Shown piece by piece: positions 44,909 to 56,882 of a DNA stretch of 64,000 nucleotides (the first letter of the stretch is position 1; every line of letters starts with the position of its first letter). The position numbers and the translations under genes are program-made. Source of the DNA: Meyerozyma guilliermondii (Eukaryota); NCBI GenBank assembly GCA_051546255.1, contig CP128820.1:744001-808000 (forward strand). The letters are read 5' to 3'. The notes below the pieces were generated by a model, which ran no database searches, was not told the DNA's origin, and saw only the letters and a program-made list of their open reading frames with translations.

Positions 44909-45868
44909 CTATGGTACCTCTTCATTTGTCTCTTCGTTTTTCCATTTCCACCTGGGCACCAACCGAATATCGTAGTCGGTTTCTTGTTTTAATTCCTCCC
45001 ATGGTTCAAAGTTCATCCAAACCATTTCGAAATCGTCGTCGGTTTCCATTTGGTGGTTTCCGAGTTGAAGATGTGGTTTGGTGTAGTCTTCATTATAATG
45101 GACTGGTCCTTTTCCCTCCAAAATGAGATCAATTCTGGAGCCCTTGTTGATTTCAGACACATCTTTCAAGTCGTTCTCGAGGAGATTTCTGTATTTTTCA
45201 CGATTTGTGGTTCTTATTTTCGCATGAATTTCACTGTAGCGGCCCTTTTCGGCGAGTTTACGAAGAACGGCAGAATGGCCCAAAGACGACTTTTCGCCAT
45301 TTTTTGCTGCTGCGTCGACAGTATTGATGTAGTTATTGGCGTTCATTAGCCACAGTTCGGTTTTTTTCGTCCACTCGGTATAAGGCATTGGAGAAAAGTA
45401 GCGATATGCTCCAAACCACCAGCTGGGTTTGTCGCCATTTTTGACGGCTAGACGTCGGTATAACCTGGCTTCTTCTGCCCATGGATCGTAAGGAAGCAAG
45501 AGTCTTGTAATCTCGAGTCCAGCAGTAAAAATCATGTAACTTCCACCAAGAACACATGACCATTTTGCGGTCCGACGACTAAAAGTGTTTGGAATTCCCA
45601 TCGCTACCAAGTTTGAGCGTCGAAGAACCCTCGCCTTATGGAATCCAAGTATCCCTATAGCCACCTGGAGCGTGGTTAGCATCGAGAGTGCCATTTTGTT
45701 GTCTGAAGCTGGCACCAATGGGCCCCAATGTTTGAGCCCAACACTAGGATTGCGAGGAATGAGTGAGGCAGGATCAGGAATGGTTATTGTAGATGACGAG
45801 CTGGAGGAGCCAGTCGGCGTGGAAGACAGCGAGCCCGAAGACCCTGCTGGAGGAATATAACCGCCCAT
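44909..45868 (-). CDS. MGR1: i-AAA protease adaptor Mgr1
   Basis: PSVGLKHWGPLVPASDNK, GLEITRLLLPYDPWAEEA, WWFG, DYDIRLVPR. Confidence 0.85.
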   Translation of the reverse strand: MGGYIPPAGSSGSLSSTPTGSSSSSSTITIPDPASLIPRNPSVGLKHWGPLVPASDNKMALSMLTTLQVAIGILGFHKARVLRRSNLVAMGIPNTFSRRTAKWSCVLGGSYMIFTAGLEITRLLLPYDPWAEEARLYRRLAVKNGDKPSWWFGAYRYFSPMPYTEWTKKTELWLMNANNYINTVDAAAKNGEKSSLGHSAVLRKLAEKGRYSEIHAKIRTTNREKYRNLLENDLKDVSEINKGSRIDLILEGKGPVHYNEDYTKPHLQLGNHQMETDDDFEMVWMNFEPWEELKQETDYDIRLVPRWKWKNEETNEEVP

Positions 45869-46316
45869 GAGAAAAGTTGGGAGTTATGAATGAAAAGTGA
45901 AAGTTTTGAACAAGAAGTGAGCGAACAACTAGTGCTTTATATCAGCAATTGAAAGGTATTAGACGACTCTGGGTTGTTCCGGGTGTTCCAAAGACCACGG
46001 GTAATGTTCTGAAATGGGGGTTTCTGCAATAATTTGCTCAAAATGGTGTTTAAACGTGTACAAAAAATCAGTTGATATTTTTGAGCAAGCCGTGAATCGT
46101 AACTGTTTAATCCAGATTTCAGCCTGAACGTTCAAACAATGCTATAAATAAACTGGACCACTTTCTGCGCTACCACAATGTCTATAAAGTGGCTAGGTCA
46201 AAGGTTCAAGATGTGGCCTAAAGTTTAAAAGGAAGACGAATTCGCAATCGAATTTCCAGAATTTACAAATGGGTGCGAATTCGCGGCATTATGTATTAAC
46301 CTCTACCGTTTATAGT

Positions 46317-47182
46317 TTATGCCTCGTTGGCGTACAAATCCTCTTTCAAGTCAATGCCCAACTCTTGTCTGATGTCCTTCAACTCTTCCAAGTAAGCGGC
46401 ATATTGCTCTTTGTTTTCAACCTTGTGCTTCAATGCCTCAAAGGTTCTGACGGCAGTAGGGTAATCGTTTACTCTTCTACAAGCCTGCAATGCTTTTTCA
46501 ATGACTGCTGGGGCAGGCACCAAGTCGTAGGAGAAACAGTTGTTCAAGATTCTCTGGACCTCGAAAAGATCGTATGCGTCTTCGAACTCTTGTTCGTACC
46601 TGAGTTAGTATTGGAGACAATTAATGGAGTGAGATAATGGGCTGGGAAAGTTAAGGTGAAGTAAAGGTCAGGAATATGCACTTTGTGGTAAAATTCTTTC
46701 TGTTTTCTGTTTTCTGTTTTCTGCTTTCTTTCCACATGCTTGCAGTTCGAAACAATATTTTAATGCTGAAAAATTCACCACTCGGAACACACGGAGACTA
46801 GAATATGACTTTTCGCTTCATTACTCTTCATTATTCGTCATGTTTCTTCAAAATTATCATCTCTTATTCTTCATTTTTTTTCTTCTTCACTTTTTTCATT
46901 GCGTTGTTCTCAACTTGTTCTTCGAGTTGTTCACCAAATTCCAACCTTTTTTCACAATTTCCGCCTATATCGACCCCCCCCTCTTTCATCTAAACACATC
47001 TATACTTACCTAGCAGTGAACTCTTCAAAAGTTTCTTCATGGTGTTGCCCAGAATATTGTCTAACCGACATCCGAGAAGCCAAAGTGGGCAAAGGTCTGG
47101 CCACAGAAACCATTCTGGAAATGGCACCCGCCTGAGCACCAGCTCTAGCTCTCAATGCAGCACGGATAGAAGAAGCAATCAT
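46317..47182 (-). CDS. COX6: Cytochrome c oxidase subunit VI; exons 47182-47010 and 46599-46317
   Basis: Exon 1 presequence ...RQYSGQHHEETFEEFTAR; intron 47009-46600 GTAAGT...TACTAACTCAG; exon 2 YEQEFEDAYDLFEVQRILNNCFSYDLVPAP. Confidence 0.96.
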
Positions 47183-47593
47183 TTCACAATCAATCGACGC
47201 AGTGATAATTCATCGAGTCCGTTATTGGATCGTACGAGGGGCGTGCGCGCACCGACGGACACATCGGTGCACCAGCGGTATCCGAAGGATTCACGGGCCG
47301 AGAGGCGATGAGTTGCAACTAACAAAAGTTGCTAAAGGCTAATTGAGCTGAACTGTTTACTGAGAAAGATTCGTGGTGATTCCACCACCTTGTGCCATCA
47401 CCGCCGTTTCCACCAATCACAGACCTTGTAGATGTGGTGTATGGCTGTGGCGTGTGCGCACCAAAAATTCAAAAAAAACTCAACTCTCACCCCTTTGTCA
47501 GCTCTGATAAATCGCGTAAACAGCATCCCACTGGTGGTGTTTATTTTGTCATCGTTTACATAAGGCACAGCAACTTTTGCAACCATCACCACC

Positions 47594-48247
47594 ATGAACG
47601 CCAACTTTGAAGGCTGGCCCAAAGAGGAAACCACAGCAGAACCAGGAGAAGAGCAAATAGATCCTACGTTTGCTCGACACCAAGATGCCGATTTTACTAC
47701 TGTAGATGCAGTTACTGCAGCAGCTGTTGCTAATGCCCAGCATCAGGGCACCGGTCCACGTGACGGTCCCCAACACCCAGATCATCATCATGTTCGGGGC
47801 GGACAAAATGTCGACAAACAACAGCAGAGAGATGCCATCCAGCAGGCTGTTCGGGCCGCGCACGACCAGGACGTTGAGAAGGCCGCTGTGAACCGCGGCA
47901 ACCGTCCTGTATCTAACACGAAACGGGCTGCGCAGAACCGGTCTGCACAGAAGGCGTTCCGTCAGAGGAAGGAGAAGTATATCAAGGATTTGGAGGCCCA
48001 GGCTGCTGAGGTCAACCAATTGAAACAGACTATCGAGGAATTGAGAGCAGACAACCTTCAATTGAGAGATTACACTTTGGCACTTCAAAGTAAAGTGATT
48101 GAATTGTCGCCTGCTAGTGGAGGTCAGCATCCATTGGGCCCAGGGGCCGCGTCGTCTGGCCACGATCTGGCGTCTGTATCGGTGCCCACGCCTCCGGCGG
48201 CTGTGTATAACCATAGCGGTGGCCGGGTGTTCAGCGGTGACAAGTAA
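47594..48247 (+). CDS. Yap-like bZIP transcription factor
   Basis: TKRAAQNRSAQKAFRQRKEKYIKDLE plus leucine zipper; no Cys-rich domain. Confidence 0.9.
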   Translation: MNANFEGWPKEETTAEPGEEQIDPTFARHQDADFTTVDAVTAAAVANAQHQGTGPRDGPQHPDHHHVRGGQNVDKQQQRDAIQQAVRAAHDQDVEKAAVNRGNRPVSNTKRAAQNRSAQKAFRQRKEKYIKDLEAQAAEVNQLKQTIEELRADNLQLRDYTLALQSKVIELSPASGGQHPLGPGAASSGHDLASVSVPTPPAAVYNHSGGRVFSGDK

Positions 48248-48806
48248 AAAATGAGAAAAAAAAAAGGAGAAAAGAAAGAGAATAAAGGAATTGAGAGATC
48301 GAGGAGATTAAGAGATCAAAGAGATTGAGCGAAGGTGTAGTAATAATTATGAAGATATAAGTGGAGTGTAGAGTGTAACATTTAGTATAAGGAGAATAAA
48401 GCACAGACGAGTGACATTAGAGGACTAGGTGTCTAAGGCTTAGAAGGGAGTTTAGACACAATTCTCTTTCAGAAGACACAATAAAATATCATCCACCAGA
48501 CTCAGAAGACTGACAAAGCTTTGAACAATTCGTAGCTTGCGCTTCAGATCAATTTCTATTGGCTAGAATTTCATCAATTTTCGCAGCCATTGGTGCAGCA
48601 GTTATGCATGTTTGACAGCCTCGTTGCTGCACGTTGACGCATCAATTTGCAACCATTTCATCAAGCAACTAACGATCCTAACTATGTTTTGTTACGCTTC
48701 TCTTTTTATTTCTCTCTTCTTATTTCATTCTCCGTCTTCTTTTCGCCAAGAATTGTCGTTCCTGCACCAGCACCATTTCAAAAATTTTCAGCAACAATCC
48801 CATACC

Positions 48807-49694
48807 ATGTCTGAATTATCCCACCCCTCAATCAAAGACGGCTGGTTCGCCGAAGTCTCCGACACCATGTGGCCCGGCCAGGCCATGTCGTTGAAAGTGG
48901 AAAAGGTGTTGCACGTTGAAAAATCAAAGTACCAGGATGTTTTGGTTTTCAAGTCCACCAACTACGGCAATGTGTTGGTTTTGGACAATTGTATCCAGGT
49001 GACCGAAAGAGACGAGTTTTCGTACCAGGAGATGATTACTCACTTGGCGCTCAACTCCCACCCAAACCCAAAGAAGGCGTTGGTTATCGGTGGTGGAGAT
49101 GGAGGTGTGTTGCGGGAGATCTTGAAGCACTCTTCAATTGAAGAAGCTTGGCTTTGTGACATTGACGAGACAGTTATTGAGGTTTCGAAAAAGTACTTGC
49201 CGGAAATGTCCAAGTCGTACCAGGACCCAAGAACCAAGGTCCATATTGGTGACGGATTCAAGTTTTTGGAAGAATACAAAAACCAGTTTGATGTCATCAT
49301 TACCGATTCGTCGGACCCAGAAGGACCAGCCGAGTCTTTGTTCCAGAAACCCTACTTTGAGTTGTTGAACGGTGCTTTAACCGAAAAAGGTGTTATCACC
49401 ACCCAAGCTGAGAACATCTGGCTCCACATGGACATCATTTCCAAGTTGAAGAAAGACTGTAAGGACATCTTTCCAGTGGCTGAATACGGCTACACCATGA
49501 TCCCAACCTACCCCTCGGGCTCAATTGGCTTCATGGTGTGTTCTAAGGACAAAAATGCCGTCGTGACCAAGCCAGCAAGGTTCGAATGGTCCGATGACTT
49601 CGTCAAGAAAAACTTGAAGTATTATAACAAAAAGATCCACGAAGCTGCTTTCGTGCTACCAACTTGGGCTGACAATGTATTGAACCAGGACTGA
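48807..49694 (+). CDS. SPE3: Spermidine synthase
   Basis: [44 protein letters not shown]. Confidence 0.97.
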   Translation: MSELSHPSIKDGWFAEVSDTMWPGQAMSLKVEKVLHVEKSKYQDVLVFKSTNYGNVLVLDNCIQVTERDEFSYQEMITHLALNSHPNPKKALVIGGGDGGVLREILKHSSIEEAWLCDIDETVIEVSKKYLPEMSKSYQDPRTKVHIGDGFKFLEEYKNQFDVIITDSSDPEGPAESLFQKPYFELLNGALTEKGVITTQAENIWLHMDIISKLKKDCKDIFPVAEYGYTMIPTYPSGSIGFMVCSKDKNAVVTKPARFEWSDDFVKKNLKYYNKKIHEAAFVLPTWADNVLNQD

Positions 49695-49874
49695 CGTTGC
49701 TAATTTGATTAGTTACGACGATACGAATATAGACAGTTCAAGAAATTGTAGGAAGTGAATAAGCAGCTGAGAATTCGTTGAAATTCAGTTGAGATTCAGT
49801 TGAGATTCAAGTTGATCTCTCTATTATTTCTCAATTATTTCCCTATTATTTCTCTATTTCTCTCTATCATCCTA

Positions 49875-51560
49875 TTAATTTCCAGAATACTTTGATCTGG
49901 CTCTAATCTTGGGCCCGAGTAATGCAAATGTCACAGGAATTGCAACCATTCCAAGTGATATGAAACCAAGCACTGAAGAGCCCCAGGCAACAGGAAACTT
50001 TTTGATTGCAAGGTTATTGAACAATGCCGAACCAAAAAGTGGAAAACAGCCAGCAATTACTGATCTGAAAAGATCGTTACCAGCAAACACAGAAGCCATG
50101 TATCTTGGGAAAGACATAGCCATGTAGTTGAACAATGTCTGGAACACTAAAAATGCTCCAGTACAGAATACGGCTGCTCCCATAATAGGTCCCATCCAGT
50201 GGTGTTGAGAATTAGCACTCCAGCCAAAGATGAAGATTCCAATGGGCATCAACAAACTACCAACAATAGCAACTGGAAGGAACACTTCTGGAGTGATGGT
50301 GTCGCCTTTTCCATTGAAAAACTTTTTGGTGAATACTTGGTAAATTACCGAGATGTAGAATACGGCTCCCACCAAAACTCCAATCATTACACTGACATAG
50401 GACACTCCCAACTCCACCAAGGTGAACCCATAGGTCTCCACAAACACAATTGGGAATGCTTCGAACCACAAGTACATAATTGAGTACACCAAGGAAATGT
50501 AGAGGTCGATCAGAAGCACCACTGGCTCGGTGAGCGCAATTTCAAATGGTCTCCAAAGAGTATCAATTGCAAGCTCACGAACAGTCATGTTCTTGTTTTC
50601 AATTTCTCCCTCGCTCATGATATTCTCGTTACCTGTTAACGCCCGCAATCTTTGAGCTTTCCGACGTAAAAGTGTCTTTCCATATGACTCAGGAAGAAGA
50701 AATCCAAGAACCAAAAAACAGGCTCCAGAAATAATCATCATGAATCTAAATGGCCATACCCAGTCGCCGTGGCTTCCATTGACCAATACTGCTCCAATCA
50801 AAGGACCCATTGAGGGACCACATACGGCAGAAATACTCCACGAGGCAATGCCCACGGGCATATATGGTAGAGTCACCACATCTCCAAAACTAGCTACGCC
50901 AGTAGCCAAGGCAGGTGAAGCGAAAATTCCGCTCAAAAACCGGAGAACACTCAAAGATGCAATTGAGTGGGTTCCAACTCCAAAACTTTGTGGGATTTGA
51001 AGAATGAAGAAAAAGAATAATGTGATGATGTAGATGGAGGTTCTTCCAAAAATGGCATTTTCTGACATGGGAGACAACACCATAGGACCCAAACCGTACC
51101 CAATAACAAACATAGTCAATGGAAGCGTAGCTTTGACTTTCGTTATTCCAAGATCCTCCATAAGATAATCAATACCTGGAGTATATATTGCCGAACCCAT
51201 GTACACCGATAATGTCAAAAATGCAATTTCTCCCGCAAAAATCACTTTTTGTAGAAGCGGCCAGTTGTAAGGGTTTTCGGGATCATCAGGACCATCCCAA
51301 TCCACCACAATGAGCGAATCATCAGCTTTTACTTCATCAATTGCAGCAATTGTGGACGAACTGGAACTCGATGAAATCGACAGTTCAGACAGTTCTTGTG
51401 ATTCTTGTGTCACTGTAAACTCATTCTTCTCACTTCCGCTCAAATATTTAGTTGGTATTTCATAATCTGGTTGTTCTTCTCTATGATTGAAATATTTGTG
51501 CCCAGACAAGTGGTATACTATGCGGCCCCAAAAACTATCTCTGATGAATTGGCTGTTCAT
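49875..51560 (-). CDS. MDR1: DHA1 multidrug MFS transporter, Mdr1/Flr1-like
   Basis: FIRDSFWGRIVYHLS N-terminus, WDGPDDPENPYNWP, SPMSENAIFGR, PESYGKTLL, SVFAGNDLFRS. Confidence 0.85.
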   Translation of the reverse strand: MNSQFIRDSFWGRIVYHLSGHKYFNHREEQPDYEIPTKYLSGSEKNEFTVTQESQELSELSISSSSSSSTIAAIDEVKADDSLIVVDWDGPDDPENPYNWPLLQKVIFAGEIAFLTLSVYMGSAIYTPGIDYLMEDLGITKVKATLPLTMFVIGYGLGPMVLSPMSENAIFGRTSIYIITLFFFFILQIPQSFGVGTHSIASLSVLRFLSGIFASPALATGVASFGDVVTLPYMPVGIASWSISAVCGPSMGPLIGAVLVNGSHGDWVWPFRFMMIISGACFLVLGFLLPESYGKTLLRRKAQRLRALTGNENIMSEGEIENKNMTVRELAIDTLWRPFEIALTEPVVLLIDLYISLVYSIMYLWFEAFPIVFVETYGFTLVELGVSYVSVMIGVLVGAVFYISVIYQVFTKKFFNGKGDTITPEVFLPVAIVGSLLMPIGIFIFGWSANSQHHWMGPIMGAAVFCTGAFLVFQTLFNYMAMSFPRYMASVFAGNDLFRSVIAGCFPLFGSALFNNLAIKKFPVAWGSSVLGFISLGMVAIPVTFALLGPKIRARSKYSGN

Positions 51561-51671
51561 TATGTGAATTAGGGAGTTTGTAGATGGGATAGCTGCTAGA
51601 GCAATTCCTTTTTATACCATGATACCTTTGTAATGTAATTTTCGAGATTACAAATGGAAAAAAAGAATATT

Positions 51672-51934
51672 CTTCGGGCTTGCCCAATGGGGAAAATCGC
51701 TGCGACCCTTTGCTGTCAAACACTAAATTTGGCACAAGCTATGGGAGCAAAAATCAGCCAAATTATTGGTTTCGAAGCCTAGAAGAGAGTCACCTACACT
51801 CCTGATTCTTAAAAACTACCTACATCTTTAAGAATAAGAAAGCAAAAGCTGAAGCCTGGAAAATGGTGTTTTCGTTATTACTCATCAGGCCAAGCATTTT
51901 CGCAAGGGCGCTTCGGCTTTGCCCAATGCGGTAA
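51672..51934. promoter_or_regulatory. Duplicated CGG + Mcm1-box elements and Yap/Cap1 sites in MDR1 promoter
   Basis: CTTCGGGCTTGCCCAATGGGGAAA (51672) and CTTCGGCTTTGCCCAATGCGGTAA (51911); TTACTCA 51878; TTACAAA nearby at 51648. Confidence 0.65.
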
Positions 51935-53385
51935 GTCCTTACAGGTTCTTCAGCCGTCTCCTGCAAGGCTTACATTCCTCGGATAGATTCCTCGTGGGAC
52001 ACAGATCACGTAATTGCCAATGAAGATATATCAGGAGATAAGTTAATGTCATGAGATCAAGAAATAGGAGGTGAGTTGCATTAACTTGACTTGAAATTTA
52101 AATTTGCAACATAGTGAAGAAGTGAAAGACTTTTTAGATAATGGTGATAAGGAAACCAGGTGATCAGCAGATATAATCCCATTGGGTATGGTGTAATGCT
52201 GAGATTTTCTCAAGTTTTCTCTTGCTCTCAATCTCTCTTCTTTTTGTGTATGTCACACAGCCACACCACAGGAGCAACGAGAAGCTGGTATCTCCGCCAA
52301 TAATTAGTAATCTCATTGGTAGATATTGGTGGTTATATCTAAGCTTATTATGGGTTGCTAACAATCGGGTCTTTGTGTAGCTATGAAACATTATCTGTTC
52401 TGGCGCAGGAAGAGATGGAGTGATCTTTCACTTTTTTGGTAGAATAAATAGGACCCAGTTGTCGATATGGTTGTGACATTTGCAGCCACAGATGGCTTGA
52501 AAATGCACTGAAACCGAAGATCATTTCAAGAAAGCAGACCAGAAGTATGATATTTCATTCATTGCAATTGCTAGTCGCCAAGCCAAAATGTTATCGAATC
52601 GCCCAATTGATCTCTTAGTTGAATTGAACAAAGAAAAGCTGGAACGCGCCTTTGACATTCTTATTCTTGTTTCCGCTTAATCCTTCGATTTAATGTTGCC
52701 CAAAACTCATAATTTTTCTCCTATAAGATTTACCATTTTTTGGCCTTTCCACCTCGAGAATCTGGTTGAATGTCCAAGCGCTTGGAATGGTTCCTTAAAA
52801 GTACCACAGACTGTGGTTATTGTTCTCTGTGTAGTGGACCTTATTGCAAAAGGGACTTACTTTGCAGCCATCTTTCAGAATCCTTTTTGGAAAGTTTTAG
52901 TACTCAAATGAGTAATGGGCTTTTTACACGTTTACTTTGTGTCATTTAGTGTTTCCTTTGATTTCTCTGGGTACTTCTTTCATCTTGATATCATATTGCT
53001 GTGGCAGCGGTATTTCGCAACTGGCAGATGGCTCAAGAATTATACCCAAATGGGGATATTATATAAAGTTTTAAGTTGTAGCCCACAAATTGAAAACTAG
53101 GTCGAGGAGATTCCTAATCTGAAAGAACAATACAAGATACCTGAATATTGGTCGAACGGTGAGAGAAGCCACAGCGTCGATAGTCTTGAATATCCTATTC
53201 CAGCGCGCGCCGCACCGTGCGCCGCACCGTGCAACCATCCAATATGGTGTGGGTGAGTAGTACAATCCGGAGGTAGCAGGTGATATAAAGTACATGGACG
53301 TTGTTAATTCTACATCTAATTCATTTGTATTTCATTAAAAGTCTTCAATTGGTTTCTAAAAAAATAATTCTAATTTCTCTCTCAA

Positions 53386-55002
53386 TTAGTGGGCGAAATG
53401 AAAGTCAAGTCGCTTGTTTCCCGAGTCTTTTGTAGTACGCATGTAGTGATCTCTCTCCTCCAACGACATTGAAGACCACTTTTGGCTTTTTTGTCTGTTG
53501 CGCACGATATAGTATGCCTTTGTGAAAAGAAGCACCGGAATAATTGCAATTGCAATAATGAACAATTTTTTGTTTCCCTGTCTAAAAAAAGGAGCATCCT
53601 CTTGGCGGTAGATGTTGGTACTGAGAATTCCTCCTATTTGCACCATCATATTGTAAACAGCAGATCCGACAGTACGGCTGCGAATACTATTGGCATTTCT
53701 GGATACCCATGCCACACATATGGCATGAATATAAGGTCCACCAAGAAGAAGTGTAGTCACTAGCCAGGTTCCCCAGGCATTGGTCATGGAATTTTTCCAA
53801 AAAGCCAAGATGCCAATTAAGGGTATTGTCCATAATGGAACCACAAATGCCAATAGAGCCTTTTGACCAATTCTTTCAGATAGTTTTGTAACCCACAAAA
53901 GTAACACAGTATGGAGTATTTGATGAGGAATGGCTAGCAAGTTTGTACTGAAGGTGGAAAAACCCATGTTTCTCAACGTTACAGCTAGGTACTTGTCTAC
54001 CGCACCGGTGGGAATAAACGCTATGAGACCAATGGTGTAAATTGGCCAAAGATCAAAGTCAAGCAAAGATTTCACAATGGAACCCAAAGTTAGGGATTCT
54101 CTATTGTTCATATCGCCCTTGGAAGGATCATCTCGAAGCACCCTATTAACGACGATTTTTTCTTCTTTTTCTGTAAACCAGCCGTGCGGGCTGAATGCCG
54201 TTCTGGTGTGCACCGCCAGCGGTACCATGAGATTGTATGAGACGGTTCCAATTGCAAGAGTTATCAGTCCCTCGACTGCAAAGAGCCATCTCCAGCCCTC
54301 TATTCCAAAACAGCCTCGCAAACGAAGTACAAAATATGCCATTAGGTGGGTTGCAATTTGAACTAGTGAAAGGGTGGACCAGAACCAAGATAGGCGAATG
54401 GGTAACTCTGTACTTTTGTAAAAATACGAAAGCCAAAGTACCAATTCCGCAACAAAGCATCCCTCCAATGCTCCAATTAAACCTCTTGTAAAGTAAAATG
54501 TCCATTTTCCTGTTATTGCGCTCTGGCAAATAGCCACTATACTCCATGCGACCATTTGTGTTGGAACGAAAATATCGGGACCAAACTTTTTCGATAAAAG
54601 CTGGGAAGGAAGCTCTGCCAAGATGAAACAAACCAAGAAAATAGTATTGCCTGAATTGTAGTTTTCAATACTAAGACCCAAATCGTCCAAAAAATTGTCC
54701 GAGATGGCCTGGCCAAGGTTCCCACGATCTATCTGGAGTCCAGCAAACATTATACAAGCCATCAATGCTACCCGAAAGTCCAATATTTTGATAACTTCCT
54801 GCTCCTCGCTTCTACTCCATTCATATAGCGGATCAAATACATGCCGGCATTCATACTTGGTGCTTTCGTATAACTCGCGATAGTAGTCTGCTACTTTGAG
54901 ATCAGCAAATGGATTAGAATCTTCATATTCAGATTCAAAAGATGTGATGGATGTAGAAATTCTGTCTTTTTTGTCAGAGGTGGAGCCATAAAAAGTGGCC
55001 AT
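53386..55002 (-). CDS. Dal5/ACS-family anion permease, Soa1 (YIL166C)-like, copy 2
   Basis: QIDRGN, ELPSQL, ELPIRLSWFW, GWRWLF..EG, NRVLRDDPSKGDM, GNKRLDF. Confidence 0.9.
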   Translation of the reverse strand: MATFYGSTSDKKDRISTSITSFESEYEDSNPFADLKVADYYRELYESTKYECRHVFDPLYEWSRSEEQEVIKILDFRVALMACIMFAGLQIDRGNLGQAISDNFLDDLGLSIENYNSGNTIFLVCFILAELPSQLLSKKFGPDIFVPTQMVAWSIVAICQSAITGKWTFYFTRGLIGALEGCFVAELVLWLSYFYKSTELPIRLSWFWSTLSLVQIATHLMAYFVLRLRGCFGIEGWRWLFAVEGLITLAIGTVSYNLMVPLAVHTRTAFSPHGWFTEKEEKIVVNRVLRDDPSKGDMNNRESLTLGSIVKSLLDFDLWPIYTIGLIAFIPTGAVDKYLAVTLRNMGFSTFSTNLLAIPHQILHTVLLLWVTKLSERIGQKALLAFVVPLWTIPLIGILAFWKNSMTNAWGTWLVTTLLLGGPYIHAICVAWVSRNANSIRSRTVGSAVYNMMVQIGGILSTNIYRQEDAPFFRQGNKKLFIIAIAIIPVLLFTKAYYIVRNRQKSQKWSSMSLEERDHYMRTTKDSGNKRLDFHFAH

Positions 55003-55268
55003 GTCAGTAGATCAAGAAGATCAACCCCTGATTTGATCCGGCCAATTGTGGAACTGTGGCTCTATCGCACGTTGCGAATAATGCGAATAAAGAATGCGAA
55101 TAATGGAGATGAATGCGAATGTGAATAAGAAAGATGTAGCTCGAATTTTCCTGAAACACATTATGTGGTCCTTTCATACCCACAGATACCTACAATCTCC
55201 TCTACAGCTTCCACCCTCACTTTTTTCCGTCTCAATTAATGGCTGCAAATTTCTCTATTCTCATACAT

Positions 55269-56882
55269 CTAGTGAGAGAATCTAAAATCAAGTCTCTTAT
55301 TTCCCTCATCTTTTGTATTTTTGAGGTACTCTTCCTTCTCTTCAGCAGTAAAAGAGTTCCATTTGGCCTGTCTCTGTTTGTTGCGGAAAACATAGTACGC
55401 TTTAGCAAAAAGTAACACCGGAACCAACGCTATCGCAATGCCAAATAGAGTCCTATTTCCACGGCGATAGATGGGAGCATCATCTTTGCGGTAGATGTTG
55501 GCACTGATGATGCCTCCAACCTGTACCATCATGTTGTAAACGGCAGAACCCACCGATCGGGTTCGAATACTATTGGAATTTCTGGATACCCATGCCACAC
55601 AAATAGCATGAATATACGGCCCACCAATCAAAAGGGTAGCTACCGTCCAAGTTCCCCAAGGGTTTTTCATGGAATCTTTCCAGAACGCTAACACCCCGAT
55701 CAAGGGTATGGTCCACAATGGTACTATCAATGCCAATAGAGCCTTTTGGTTAATTCTTTCTGAGACCCACGTAGGGATCAAGAGCATGATAATATGAATT
55801 ACCGCTGCGGGTATCGTCAACAAATTTGTGTTTAAAGTGGAAAATCCCAAGTGTCTCAACGACAACGTCAAGTATGTGTTGACTGTACCGGTGGGAACAT
55901 AGGCAATTATACCAATGGCATAAATTGGCCAGAGATCATAGTCGCTCAACGATTTGTAGATCCCCCTCAAAGAAAGCGCCTGTCTATTGTGCATGTCTCC
56001 CTTGGATGGGTCGTCCCGAAGAACTCGATTAACCACGATTTTCTCTTCCCTCTCGGTAAACCAGCCTTTGGGATGGAGCTTGTTTCTGGTCTGCACAGCC
56101 AGCGGAACCATCAAGTAGAACGAAGCAATTCCAATCAAAAGCGTAAAGAGACCTTCAAGGATAAAAAGCCATCTCCACCCTGCCATTCCATGGACACCAC
56201 GCATGCGAAGAATTGCAAATGCCAAAAGCGCAGTAACGATCTGAACAAGCGAGAGGGTTGTCCAGAACCACGACAACCTAATTGGAAGTTCTTTGGACTT
56301 GTAGAAGTAAGTAAGCCAAAGAACCAAATCGGCAATAAATCCTCCTTCCAATCCACCAATTAAACCACGAGTAATATAGAAAGACCATTTTCCACTGAGA
56401 GCACCTTGTGTCATGGCAACAATACTCCAAGACACAATCTGGGCTGGCACGAAAATATCTGGACCCAATCTTTTCGATATGAGCTGCGAAGGAATTTCCG
56501 CCAAGAGAAAGCACACCAAAAAAATGGTATTTCCCACGTTATAGTTGTTGGTTGTAAGCCCCAAGTCGGTCAAAAAGTTGTCGGAAACAGCCTGCGACAA
56601 GTTTCCTCGGTCAACTTGCAAACTCACAAACATAATACAGGCAGTAAGAGCCACTCTATAATCGAGCTTGCGTACCAATTTTTTCTCTTCTTCCGGAGTC
56701 CAGTCAAATTCCGGATCAAAAGCGGCCCGGCACTCATATTTCGAAGCCTCGTACAACCCTCGATAGTACTCTGCAACCTTGGGGTCAAGAAAAGGGTTGT
56801 CATAAAAAGTTTCCTCAGAGTCCAAAGACTTGACTGAGGTGGAAACCTCGAGTTTCTGTGGTGGTACTGGATCTTGGCTCAT
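55269..56882 (-). CDS. Dal5/ACS-family anion permease, Soa1 (YIL166C)-like, copy 1
   Basis: Same motif set and collinear with 53386-55002; ATG 56882 preferred. Confidence 0.92.
   Translation of the reverse strand: MSQDPVPPQKLEVSTSVKSLDSEETFYDNPFLDPKVAEYYRGLYEASKYECRAAFDPEFDWTPEEEKKLVRKLDYRVALTACIMFVSLQVDRGNLSQAVSDNFLTDLGLTTNNYNVGNTIFLVCFLLAEIPSQLISKRLGPDIFVPAQIVSWSIVAMTQGALSGKWSFYITRGLIGGLEGGFIADLVLWLTYFYKSKELPIRLSWFWTTLSLVQIVTALLAFAILRMRGVHGMAGWRWLFILEGLFTLLIGIASFYLMVPLAVQTRNKLHPKGWFTEREEKIVVNRVLRDDPSKGDMHNRQALSLRGIYKSLSDYDLWPIYAIGIIAYVPTGTVNTYLTLSLRHLGFSTLNTNLLTIPAAVIHIIMLLIPTWVSERINQKALLALIVPLWTIPLIGVLAFWKDSMKNPWGTWTVATLLIGGPYIHAICVAWVSRNSNSIRTRSVGSAVYNMMVQVGGIISANIYRKDDAPIYRRGNRTLFGIAIALVPVLLFAKAYYVFRNKQRQAKWNSFTAEEKEEYLKNTKDEGNKRLDFRFSH

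Noticed and set aside
52040..53300. Small ORFs between MDR1 and the permeases
   Set aside because: Under 80 aa, no motifs; consistent with a long promoter region
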